DNA from: Rhynchobatus australiae
Lineage: Eukaryota
DNA: 64,000 nt
Direction of reading: 5' to 3'
NCBI GenBank assembly: GCA_034780895.1
Contig: JAUZTB010000002.1
Span: 86,032,035 to 86,096,034, forward strand
Made by a program: the position numbers and the translations under genes. Shown piece after piece: positions 51,880 through 63,983 of the stretch. The notes beneath the pieces are model-generated. The model saw nothing but the letters and a program-made list of their open reading frames with translations. It was not told the DNA's origin and did not search any database. The number at the start of each line of letters is the position of its first letter. Positions within the stretch are counted from its first letter, which is position 1.

Positions 51880-54560
51880 AGGCTTTTCAGTTCCTAATGT
51901 TAGTTTTGCCATGGCCAGCTTTTTAACATCATTGATATTCTTCTGCATTAACACTGTTTTTGTTTAATTCCCTTATTATCTAAAAATATGTTTATCCCTG
52001 TTTTGGATAAAGACCAGGTGGTTGACTTTCCACGGCCTTCTCAAATAGAGAATGCCTAAGATTACTCTTGGTGATGAGTACTCTTGTCTGTCCTGAATGG
52101 CTGACCTTGTTTTAAGACCCGGTCATCATCAACCAGGGGAAGCATTATCTCTTCATGCTCCCTGTTGAGTTATGAAAAACATCTGTGTTTCAATGAAGTT
52201 ATTTAAAGTATGGGCCAGTCTGCTTAATTTCTCCTTTCACAACATATCTGCCATCCGAGGATTCAATCTAGTGAATCTTCAGTACATTCTTTCTATTGCA
52301 AGTATGTTCTTTGGGAGACTAGACATGCACTCTATATTCCTGATGTGATCTTGCCAGTTCTCATTATAACTGGTTCAAGTCAACTCTGTGTTTGTACATA
52401 AATCCTCTTGCAATAAAGGCCAGTGTTCCAAACAGGTGCTGTCTCTGAATGTCAACTTCCAGTGATTTGTGTACAAGGGCACCCAAGTCTCTGAATACCG
52501 CATTTTATTCCATCTTTGCCGATTCACAACTTGCCTGTTGCCCTTCAAAGCATTTCTGCATCCTCATCAGTCCATGCTGCCTTCTAGCTTTGTATCATCA
52601 GCAAACTTGGGTATATTACACTTGAAACCACCAGCAAATATATTGTGTATACGGGGTCCCAGCACCAAACACCGGCATCCACTGGTTACAGCCTCCCAAT
52701 CTGAAAATAATCCATTTATTCCTGTTCAATTTTTTGTCTTTTAACCAGTCCTCAATCCATGCCAGTATAATACCTACAATACAATGCGCACTGATTTTAT
52801 TTAGTGATATACATTCCAGTATTTTCCCTGCTATCTGTATCACATTAATGGTTTTTTGTTTTCTCCCTCTTTCAATAATAAGATTGCATTTGCCACCTTC
52901 CAGTTACTGGGCTTTATACTTGAATCTATGGAATGTTGGATGGGAGCCAGGACATCCACTGTCTCTATAGCCCATTTCCTTCAAAATGCTTGGATACAGG
53001 TCATTAGGTCCTGGGGTTTTATCACCTTTCAGTCCCATTAAATTCTCCAGTAATTTATATTTTACTAATGCTGATTTCTTTGAGCTCATTCATTCTCGAC
53101 CTGTTGTACTCCATTATTTCCAGGTGATTTTCTGTGTCTTCCATGAAGACTTCCACAATTGTTTAATTTCAGTGTTATTTCCTTATCTTCTAATGTAATT
53201 TCTCCTTTCTCAGTCTGTAATATTTCTGTTTTTACACACATGTAGAAGCTTTTAGTCTTGTGTTTTTGACTTGTACCTTGTAGATGGCAGAGAGGCTTTA
53301 GGGTGTCAGGAGATGAGTTGCTCAGCACAAGATACCCATCCTCAACCTGCTTTTGTAGTCACAGCATTTGTCTAGTTGAGTTTTTGGTAACACTTGAAGA
53401 TGGTGGTGTGTTATTTAATAATAATGTGTTATTTAACTATGGTAATTCTATTGACTATCGAGATAAGGTGATTTGACTCTTCTGGACATGGTCATGGCCA
53501 GCACTTTTGTGATACAAATATTTATTGCCACTTACCAGCCAAATCTAAATACTGTCTAAGCCTTGCTGCATTCAGGCATGCACTGCTCCATTTGCAGCAG
53601 AGTTGAGAGTAGAATTGAATATTGTGCAATCATTGGCAAACGTCCCTACTTCTGACCTTGTGTTGAAAGGAAGCTTATTAATGTGGCAGCTGAAGCTGGT
53701 TGGTTCTAGGACACTGCACTGATGAGCTACGATAGCAATTATATTGTTGGGAGTTTAACCTCCAACATGAAAACCAGCTTTCTTTGTGCCGATTGTGACT
53801 CCAAAAAGGGATTGTTTTTCCCCTTGACCTTTGACGTACTTAGTTAAATGCTCCCTTGATGTTAAAGACAGTCATTCTCACTTCACCTGTGGAACATTCA
53901 TTTCTTTGGCCCATGTTTGGAACGAGTCCATGATGAGGACTGGAGCTGAGTATCCCTGCTGAAACCAAGTTAGGAATCAATGAACTCTCATTTCTTGACA
54001 CACGAGCAGATGATGTGCTTCATGTTACAGAAAATCTTGATAGGGACATTTCCCTAGGAATGCAACCACCCCTGTAACACAGGGTTCATCTGCACTTTGT
54101 TGGAAAATAGACTGGTTTGGGTTTGATTTGCTGGATTGGAAATATTACAGTTGGAATGTTGTGTGGTTCCATTGCCTGCGCTGCATCTAGTGCAGTCAGC
54201 TAATTCTATGTATGACATGGAATGAATGGAATTGGCTGAAGACTGACACCTTTGATGTCAGGAGGGATCTGAAATGGGTTATCCATTCACTACTGGCTGA
54301 ACATAGTTACAGCCATATCATTAACATCCACATACTGGGCTATTATTGTGGGTGGGGATGTTCTTGGAGATCTGCCTCCTTCCATTGGCTGTTCAATCAT
54401 GAATAGTGGATTATAATTAGAGATGGTAGGGTTGCAGAACTTCAATCTGACCTGTTGGTTGAGGTTGCTTAGCTCTGTTGCATCTACTTTTGCCATTTAG
54501 CAGGTATGTAATTTTGTGTAGCACTTGAGATTGGCACCTCACTGTTAGGTGTTCCTGATA
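51880..54560 (-). mobile_element. Two degenerate CR1/L2-group LINE fragments (about 51880-53230 and 53260-54560)
   Basis: Peptides LMGLKGDKTPGPNDLYPSILKE and AWIEDWLKD; QCSVLEPTSFSCHIN resembles the RT motif QGSVLGP. Confidence 0.65.
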
Positions 54561-56640
54561 ATGCTCTTGGCATGCTGCTCTTCTGAGCATTATAAATGAG
54601 TGCCTAAGGCGAATGATTGAAGTGAAAATTTAAGGGTAATGCTGGAGGTACTTTTGGAAGTTTGGCCTACAGGAAAAGTGTTCCTGTATAAATTACTATA
54701 TTTTTGGATATTAATGCTTGGGCAACAGACGAAAAAATAGCGAGACAAAAAAATAGCCTCTTGTGGGATACTAGAGATAACAGCATAGACTGGAAGGAAC
54801 CTATTGCTTCTGACTCTAGCTTTTACAAGATAGAAATGTAAAAAGCTGAACTTATGGGCTGAAGGGCCTTTTTCTGTGCTGTACGACTCTAAAATTGGGG
54901 GATTAGGATTTGGCAGTCAACTGTGACAAAGGCAATATATAGTCATGACACCAAGAATCCTGATGGAAGGCTTGAAGTGGTCATCTCGGGGTATTCATCA
55001 GAAGAAATTGAATTAAACATGTTAATTTGAGTGGACTTTGGTAAATCGGCAATAAGTTCTGTTGTAACTCACAGTCGAGCATTATTGTACTAAATTTGGA
55101 TTACTAATTGGAACTGGGGTAGTAGAGAAATGCTGCTGTTATTTCTAGATCAGTGGGTAATTTGGATAATCACAGTTTGAGCTCGGGATTTCTTCAACCC
55201 TTGGCAACTGGCCTATTCCCACACCTTTCCCTGCTTTTGTCCATCTTGGTTAGCATTTGCTGTCGAGGCTTAATGAAGGGCTTTGTCGGCAAGGAGACAG
55301 GTGGCAGCAAGCAATTGTGAATTCAAAGGACTAAGCTTTAATATCTCTGAGAAACAAGCTGGGGTAAGGGTGAGATAAATGCATACTTCAAATTCGATGC
55401 AAGCTGAGAATCAGTAGCAGCCATGAAGTCAGCTAATTTAACCTTCGTTAGAATAATGGGAAGTATACTACAACTTGTGCTATTTACAAGATTAGTAGAC
55501 TGTGTTCATCATTGGATGGTGGCATTGATGATCACAGTTATTGTGTCTTCAGCCCTTGAAGTTGGCAGTGAGCTGTCAATGACCCCTTGTAATGAAGGAC
55601 TTGTGCAAATGCTGCTAGGTCACCGATTACAGGATTTTGTCCCAGTGACAATAAAGGATTAATGATTATGTGGGTAACTTTATACAGGAAAGTTTACAAA
55701 TCGTTTGGATTCTATGCAGAATCTAGCTTGTGTATTTGTTCTGCGTACCAATTCTGGCTGTGACACAAGGATATAGGGCGTAGTAGTGACGCTTGTTAAT
55801 TCTGTTTTTAAGAAGTACACTAAGTCTGCATTATCTGCTGACGCCACCCATGGATCTATGTTCTAAGGAATGTGGGTAACCTTGCAGTGGGGGTGGGGGG
55901 AGTGCAGTCAGGATCAGGAACGTGGATATGTAAAAGCTGAAAGTGAAAAGAAATATCCATGGAGGAATTGACAACGACATGCTATTGCAGCATATCATTC
56001 CAGCAACCTTTTTATTTTTGTTATCTGCGTGAAGTCCATGCCCCAATCCTTCACCAGTAACAGGTTTGTTTATTCTCTCGGGAGTGAATCTTGGGAATTC
56101 TCTGCCCAGAGAGTGGTGAAGGCCAAGATCATTAGAAGTATTTATGCTGGAGATAAGTAAATACTTGAAGGTTCAAGGAATTGAGGTTGATGACACAGAA
56201 AAGGAGTTGAGACCAGCATAGGTCAATCATGATCATATTGAATGGCAGGGCAAGCATGATGGGCCTTGTGCTAGCTTCTGCTGGGCATTTTTTTCCTTGA
56301 GGGTAATTTTTGGTTCTTGTCAGGTCTGCTATTTTTTGCTTTGGTGTATTTCTTTCGTTGCAATTCTTAATATTTTGTCTCTAGGAATTAGTTCTGCACA
56401 TTTAATTTCTGATTATTGCAAGTGATTAATTAGTCAACATGAAGTGCAAGTTTGGTTTTGATTTTTATAAAAATTGACCCATTTTCTGTGGGGGGGGGGG
56501 GGTTTGGAAGAAATTTTAACAAATGTTTTTAAAAAAGCCAACCTTAAAGTGACAAAACTACCCAGCTAAAATTTCCATGAGGAATGTGGAAACTGAATCA
56601 TGGCGTGACTTTTTTATGCTGCTGATAATTGTTTCAACAG

Positions 56641-56827
56641 GGAGGATGGGGAGCTTGAAGATGGGGAAATTGATGATGATGGACTTGAAGGAAATGAAGT
56701 AAAGAAAGAACCAAAAGAGAGTGAGAAAGAGGACAAGTCATCCCATAGAAGGTCAAAGAAGAAAAGAAAACGAGAGAAAGAAAGGGAAAAGAAAAAAACA
56801 AAAAAGAGAAAGAAAGAGAAGCACAAG
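56641..56827 (+). CDS. ZC3H6: ZC3H6-like coding exon 2 (acidic EDGELEDGEI motif, K/R-rich tract)
   Basis: Splice sites tttcaacag / gtattg. Reads EDGELEDGEIDDDG...KEREKKKTKKRKKEKHK, versus human ZC3H6 EDGELEDGEIDDAG...KEREKKKSKRRKREKHK. Confidence 0.95.
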
Positions 56828-56973
56828 GTATTGCGAACAGATAATGATGTTTAGCTAGTGCCTTTGTGAACCTGTTTACTTGTATAATTTGATTATCATG
56901 GAAAAAAATTAAGTGTTCACACTTCTTGTATGTAGGGCCATATTATACTAAATGAACTTCAATTCCTTTACAG

Positions 56974-57090
56974 CGGCATTCTCCTTCCAGTGGTGATTCA
57001 GATTTCAGTTATGATTCTGATATTGATAATGAAAGGTCATACAAGAAAGGTCCTGTACCCTACAGGGAATATGATGCTCCTTTCCCTCCG
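56974..57090 (+). CDS. ZC3H6: ZC3H6-like coding exon 3
   Basis: Splice sites ttcctttacag / gtaggt; 117 nt. Reads RHSPSSGDSDFSYDSDIDNERSYKKGPVPYREYDAPFPP. Confidence 0.9.
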
Positions 57091-57977
57091 GTAGGTAACC
57101 AAACATAGAACTTTGGAAATCCCACCTTAACTATTTTTCTGTGAATCTAATATACATAATTTACTGCAATACCTCTGATTTTTATTGTGTAGTTACTTCA
57201 ACTATCCTGTTGTATGTAATATCTGTAAAGTAGCCAGAGCATAAGCTTGGAAATGTGCACTGAATTAATCAGCTGACTAGGAACTGCTCATAAATGCAGT
57301 GAAGATTACACAATCCTTTATTTCAGAGCATAAATTTAAGGAAACCAAGTTTGTCTCGCATGTACTTGAATAATGGCATGTTTAAACACTTCCCTCTGCC
57401 CATGCCTCTTTCCTACCTGCTGTTTATCCCCACCACCATACTCTATCCTGATCACTGGCTTTTACTCCCTATTTTGATTATTGTCCATAAATAGGAGAAT
57501 GATATGCCATTGCACANNNNNNNNNNNNNNNNNNNNNNNNNNNNNNNNNNNNNNNNNNNNNNNNNNNNNNNNNNNNNNNNNNNNNNNNNNNNNNNNNNNN
57601 NNNNNNNNNNNNNNNNNNNNNNNNNNNNNNNNNNNNNNNNNNNNNNNNNNNNNNNNNNNNNNNNNNNNNNNNNNNNNNNNNNNNNNNNNNNNNNNNNNNN
57701 NNNNNNNNNNNNNNNNNGTCACAATTCAAGGTGAAGTTGACAAATTTAGTATTAAGTGGTAATGTGTGCCATGATATAGTTTAATGTAAAAAAAAGTTTG
57801 CCTACTATGGCTTTAATGGTAGTATGTGGAACACATTTAAAGAAAACCTCTAATGCTAAGAAATCTTAACTTGGTCTGAATTTCTGCTCTGCTAATAAGA
57901 TGTACTGATGATTAAAAGTTAAGCTGAAATTGATATAAAACTGTATTTGGACTTGACTGAACCATTTTTGGTTTTAG

Positions 57978-58224
57978 CATGCACAAGGACCCGGGAATTA
58001 CAGGAAATCCCCTGCGCAGAAATCTTATAACAACAACAATGCTGATAACCGTGACTATGCTGATTATAGTGACTATAGTGAAGAGAAGTATGATACTTAT
58101 GAAGAGGAAGAGTGTGATGACTTTGCAAATGAACTGAAACAATACAAGCAGGCAAAGGAAGCCTCAAATGTTATGGCTCCAAAAGGGTCATCAATGGGAC
58201 AGATGCGAAAACCTGGAATGAAAG
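57978..58224 (+). CDS. ZC3H6: ZC3H6-like coding exon 4
   Basis: Acceptor ggttttag. Contains DDFANELKQYKQAKEASN (human EDFANQLKQYRQAKETSN). Phase-1 donor AAG|gtatcc. Confidence 0.85.
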
Positions 58225-58664
58225 GTATCCAGATGGATCAGTTCTGTTTGTATCTTTTAAAGAAAATTTGTATTTTGGAAGTTAAATACAGGGTTTGTAG
58301 AATTGTGTGCGCTACATTTAAATGACCATTTCTGCTTGTGATTATTACAGTTATTTGCTTTATATAGTATGTTTTAATATGGTCTAATGACTCCAGGTAC
58401 TTCACAGGAACAAAATTTATCATTGAGCTACATAAGGTGGTGAAATGTTTGGTCAGAGAGGTTTTGTTAGGAATCTTAAAGGGAAAGACAGCTGGAGAGG
58501 CAGAGATTGATGGAAATATTCAAGAGGCTAAGAGCCAAGAGCTGAAACTGCAATGAATAGTGGAAAGAAGAAAATGATGAAAAGGTATGCAGCCATCTTA
58601 AGATCTGATTGAGGTTACAGATGGGAATGATAGAGACCACTAGGATATGACAACATGGGTCAAC

Positions 58665-59170
58665 ATACAAAAAACACTGGAGGGACTAAGCAGGTCAGGC
58701 AGCATCTATGGAGGGGAATGGACAATTGACATTTCAGACTGAAACCTACCTCTGGACTGAAAGATAAGTGAGATAGCCAGTATGAAAAGGTGGTGGGAAG
58801 GGGTGGAGCAAGAGCTAGCAGGTGATGTGTGGATCCAGTTAAGGGAGGGTGATAAGCAGATGGGGGAAGGGGAGAATGGGAATGGTGCCAGAAGCTGGGG
58901 GAAGAAGGGTGGAAGTGACAAAGGGCTGAAGATGGTGGAATCTGATACAAAAGGGTGGAGTGTGGAACAAAAGAAGGAAGGTGGGGGAAACCAGTGGGAT
59001 GACTGGGTGATATGGAGATGGAGGAACGCAAAGAGACATGGTGATGAGGGCCAGATAGATCAGTAGTGGAGGAAAAGAGACAGGGAGCAGTTACCAGAAC
59101 TTGGAGAATTCAGTGTTCATATCACCAGGTTGTAGGCTACCAGGTGGAATATGAGGTGCTGTTCCTCTAG
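58665..59170 (-). mobile_element. Penelope-like element 3' fragment
   Basis: Minus strand near 59170-59100 gives LEEQHLIFHL..LQP..MNTEFS (GIY-YIG C-terminus of Penelope elements). A pyrimidine-rich UTR and the shared repeat arm follow. Confidence 0.7.
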
Positions 59171-59691
59171 AGGAAAATAGTTCTGCCCTTTGTATGTACA
59201 CGTCTGTTCCTACATCAGATTGTTGAATTTAATAAATTAAGAAGCTCATTCAAATATGGGATGTATATAAGGCAGGTGCTTATAACCCAGGGATGACCTA
59301 TAAATTGTTTGTTTTTTTTGTTCCAGTATTCCCAATTAATTCGGCTAATTCATTTGAGTTATTTTGACCCAGCAGACAGAAGAAATTCTGAAACTAATCT
59401 TGGATGAATTTTAACCAAGTAAAAAAAATTCTGTACTATCCTGAAATAACTCCATGAATGGCCATTTTTAATTGATTATGGAACTGAAATATGCTGTCAG
59501 GCTTATTATTTTTTCATTTCTTCCCTCTCCTCCATGAGATCTATCCAGATATCCGATAAGAAGGGAAACTAGAGCCCGAAACTCCAGATCTAATGCAGGA
59601 CTTTATCTGGCAAAGGCTTTTGTGATTTCTAAATTAAAATGGTTCAAAATAATAAACTGGAAAATTTTAATATATTGTGAAATTGTTCCAG

Positions 59692-59822
59692 GTATTATGC
59701 AGAAGGGTAGAGGTCGAGGAATTGGCCGTGGCCGTGCTATGCGAGGACAACCAAAACAGAAACGCAAAACTTGGGGACCTGGAAGAGGTTCTGATGGTGG
59801 TATGATGGATGGTTGTGATGAG
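59692..59822 (+). CDS. ZC3H6: ZC3H6-like coding exon 5 (RG-rich)
   Basis: Splice sites ttgttccag / gtagag; 131 nt. Reads (G)IMQKGRGRGIGRGRAMRGQPKQKRKTWGPGRGSDGGMMDGCDE. Confidence 0.9.
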
Positions 59823-61275
59823 GTAGAGAAATGAAAGCTTATCCTTCCTTGAACATGCATTCTGTTCATGAACCTTGAAGTAAATTTAAGCTGCACTGTT
59901 CTAGAACTCCTGTTCAGTTGTGGGTGGTTCATCATACTGGTTGACATTCTGACAAATTTCTTTTTCTCTGCACTGCACTTTTAATCTTCATTATTGAAGT
60001 TAACGTGCAAGTTTAATTACTTTCTCAAAGGAAAAAAGATCAAAATGTGTTGAGGAATACAGATGCGTTTTCTTTTTGTATCTATCGTGCAGAAGGGAGT
60101 AGAAAGTTCAATTTATTGTCCAGAAGTAAACTAATTGGCTTTCAAATATATAACTGTGGGAATAGATAACCATCAATATTGGCATTTATTGTTTGTGTCT
60201 GCCTTCTGCAGCCACTAGATCTAAGGAACATTAAAGACCTTTACCTTTAGATTTGATTGTATTATCTATGCTGTTTAATTTAATATGGCTTCTCAAAATA
60301 CTCCAGCATTAAAATGTTTAGCCTTGCAAGAGCTGGTGATTCAATCTGCTAATTTTTGACTGTTAACACAAAACCTGTTGCAGATTATTTTCAAAAATTG
60401 AAGGCACCAATTTTTTCTGTCATTGTTCACGTTTATACAAGTTTTATTGTTGGATCATATGATGTAGTGCCGAATGGGAAAATTGAAGTTGCATTTTACT
60501 TCTGTCTTTACATCTATCCAATTTGTCCTAAAAACCTTCTGAATGTTTACTTCAAATATTTATAACACTTGCTTTTGTACATTGCTATTAAATTTGCTTT
60601 GCAGGATGTGCAATCTGCTGCTTTAAAAATAATTAAGTTAATTGAATCTATCAGCTCTGATCTTTTGAAATCTGTTGCTTTTTTTATTATCAACTCAGTT
60701 ACAAAATATTATAAGCTGTAAATGTTCACTTAAAGTATATTAAACAGAGCACTTGCCCTTGGAACAGAGCCTGAGGATCACAACTGTACATCATCCTTTA
60801 TTCTACTAAACCACCATTCACTGCTGCTCTCTACATTCTATCTCTTGGTTATGTTATTTACCCATGTAACACTGTCCCTTTAATTGGGCTTTAATTTTGC
60901 CAGCAAATGCATTATGTAATACACTGTCAAACACCTTTTGAAAATCAGTTTCACTTGTTTACTTCAGAATGTTTGTCATATTAGTTAAATGTATTTTTGA
61001 CCGATTTATTTGCCCAATCTTCTCAGAGTGTTAAGTAAAATTGTCCCAGATTGTGCTTTAAGGCAAGACATTTATACAGAATAGTCTTTTACTTGAATGT
61101 TTTTAATAGTAACAACTCTGTAATTCTTTTGATTTTTTTGTAAACATTTAGTAACTTAATTTATTACAGGATTTGAGACTTGTAATTAGCCCAGATGTTG
61201 ATGACTTTGACTTAAAAGTAATAAAAAGTAAAGAGAAGGAAAAAATTGTTTTAAGCAGCTTTGCTGATCTTGCAG

Positions 61276-61404
61276 GATGGTTATGGAGGTGCAAATTTTG
61301 CCCGAAAAAAGAAGAAAAGTCAAGATTTTTCATACCATGGCACAGGTGAAAAGAACAGGAAAGGAGGCATATGCAAATATTTTCTGGAGGGCCGCTGTAC
61401 CAGG
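61276..61404 (+). CDS. ZC3H6: ZC3H6-like coding exon 6 (start of CCCH finger 1)
   Basis: Splice sites tcttgcag / gtatgt; 129 nt. Ends ...GICKYFLEGRCTR. Confidence 0.92.
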
Positions 61405-62694
61405 GTATGTTTCACATAAATTTTCTAGACGTTCTTAATTGTAGATGGCTTTGGTTAGATGAAATTAAAAACCTGGAGGAATTTCGTTCTCTTCCTTAAC
61501 TTTACCCAGTTGACATTGTAAAGGTAGATTGTAGATAGTCTTGGTCATTAAATTTTGGAAATTTTTAAACTTTTATGTTTATAACAAAATTCCAACATCA
61601 TTGTGAATAGAAACATAATTTAAAACATCCAATGAGCATGAATAGCTGTACAATTAACAATATAACTTGCTGAATTAATAGCATGAATTTCAATATCCCC
61701 CAAATGTTGAAAATTCCAAACTATCATCTTTATAGTTTAAATGAAGTAAGGAATTTTGTACAATATAACAAGGGGAATGATGTCCATTGTGGTTTTCGTA
61801 AACTAAAACTTCATGTTGGATGAGTTCAGTCCAGTCTGTCTCTTAGCAGTTATAAACTATTAAGTGACAAAGTTTCTGGAGTGGGTAAAAATAGCATTTT
61901 AGGAATATAGTTCAGTAGACTACACACTTTCTGGTTAATTTATGCCTTGCTCTTTATTTATATATTACATTGATTTCATTTCAGAAGAACTGGCTGTTAA
62001 GTGCTTTGGAAGGGGCATGATCTCATGAACCCATGTCATACTTTTCAATATGTTGAATATTTTATAGCTGAGGAGCAATTTAAAGACTCTGGATAATGGC
62101 ATTCCCTTATTAAAGAGAAGGGCTTCCTGATCTGTTTTCAACATGATCCCATTCTCATATTGAAATATTACACAATTCTACAAGTTTTATCAAAATAACA
62201 TAGTGATCACACAACAACATACCTGGTGGAGAGAAGAGCAGAACCTTAGGGAGTGGGGGCACAGTGATAATTTCCTAATGATGGATGGGAGGGGAGCATC
62301 CATCTTTAGTGGCATGGCCTGTGGATTTTGACCCTGTCAACTGATGTAATGACCCACATACTATAGAAGATGCACAAGTTCTTGCACCAAGTCATCGTGT
62401 CGTGCAAGTTATTATAATTTAAGTTTGTAATTTATCTTTGTAATGTACTGTGCTGCTGCTGCTGCAAAAAGCTAATTTTCACAGCATTTATACCATGGGT
62501 ATAGGTATGTACGTCCATGACAATGAACTTGAACAAGATGGGTTCAGAATGATCATAATTATACAATTAGAACAGCTGTTACCTCAAATTTGCACTCATC
62601 TTTCAAGCTTGTTATTTTTCTAATTGTGTCAAATTCTCAAACTTTTTGCATTGATTTCCATCCATGATTTATGTATTCTTGACTTTATAAACAG

Positions 62695-62806
62695 GGGGAC
62701 CAATGCAGATATAGCCATGATGTAGCCATTCAAAAGAAGAAAGATATCTGCAAATTCTACCTTAATGGATTTTGTACCAAAGGAGACAATTGCATTTTCA
62801 TGCATG
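62695..62806 (+). CDS. ZC3H6: ZC3H6-like coding exon 7 (end of finger 1, finger 2)
   Basis: Acceptor ataaacag. Reads GDQCRYSHDVAIQKKKDICKFYLNGFCTKGDNCIFMH(G) and ends at the U12 donor ATATCCTTT. Confidence 0.93.
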
Positions 62807-63280
62807 ATATCCTTTTATCTCTGGGTTGAATAAAATATCTTTCATTTTAGTGATTCTTCTTAAATACCTGCTCCTATTTAAATAACGGATTTAACTAACC
62901 CAATAGAATAAATGTAGTTAAATGTCTATGCTGAAACTGAATGAAGAAATTTATCAATTACCATATTCCACATGCTTCACTTTTTATATGGGCATCTTTC
63001 TATACCTCTTCATTCCATTTTGGAAAATGGAAAATATGTTGGCTCTGAAATCCAATTCTCAGCAAATGTAATTATATTTGGAATTGTATAGACAAACAAA
63101 ATACTTCAGATTTTTTCCTATTATATACTTTCAAGATGTAATAATGTCATTTGTGTAAACTTATGACATTAATTGCTTATTTTTGGTTTTTATTCATAGG
63201 CAAATTTACCCTTCAAGTTCAAAAAGTTCTAATTGTGTTCTGACTCAATCATTTATGTTCCTTAATGTATTTTAATGTAC
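62807..63280 (+). other. U12-type AT-AC intron
   Basis: 5' site ATATCCTTT, branch TTCCTTAAT at 63258-63266, terminal AC at 63279-63280. Splicing restores the frame [10 protein letters not shown]. Confidence 0.93.
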
Positions 63281-63390
63281 GTGAATATCCATGTAAGTTC
63301 TACCATACAGGAGCAAAGTGCTATCAAGGTGATAACTGCAAGTTCTCACATGCTCCACTTACTGAAGAAACAAGGGAACTGTTAGACAAG
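63281..63390 (+). CDS. ZC3H6: ZC3H6-like coding exon 8 (CCCH finger 3)
   Basis: Reads [36 protein letters not shown]; donor AAG|gtttgt. Confidence 0.95.
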
Positions 63391-63983
63391 GTTTGTGTGT
63401 CAATTACTGCATCTGATTTTAAAAACACAGTATATCACAAATTCCCCTTTCAGTAGCTATTATGGGCAAATGCACAAGCTGATATGCCATTCAGTTGTAA
63501 AGAGTAGGAAGATCCCAATTTCAGTTACTATTCTGACCTTAATCAGAATAGTAATAGCAATACTAAAGCTAGTTTCAAAACAGTTTCTATTTCTTTTGCT
63601 GTCCATTTTCTCTGGTACATGAGTGAATTTCTAGAATGATTAAGTATTAGATCAATTGTATTGCTTCTGTATTTGAACTATCAAACTGATTAAACACAAA
63701 ACAGGATAGCAAAGAGTGGGGTGGAAAGAATAATCAATTCTGTATTCCTGATGAAACAGGTTTCAACTAAAATTGAGATTAAATTTGAATTGCTGGTTCA
63801 GATGCAATAATACCTTAACTCGATCTTGCACAAGTTGAAAGTTAATTCATTGACTATTCCTAGGGAGTGGCCATTTTATGTTTTCCTGATTTGTTCATTA
63901 CATATCCAGGAACAAATGATAGTATTCTAATTTTCTGTTCCTGGTACAATAATTAATTTCTAGGGATATTTTTCTTAACCCAG

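Noticed and set aside
56614-58167. Minus-strand hydrophobic ORFs (56614-56826, 57912-58142, 57919-58167)
   Set aside because: They are antisense shadows of the purine-rich ZC3H6-like exons 2 and 4.
58225-58232. GTATCC donor as a second U12 intron
   Set aside because: Reads GTATCCAG rather than GTATCCTT, and no U12 branch consensus precedes 59692.
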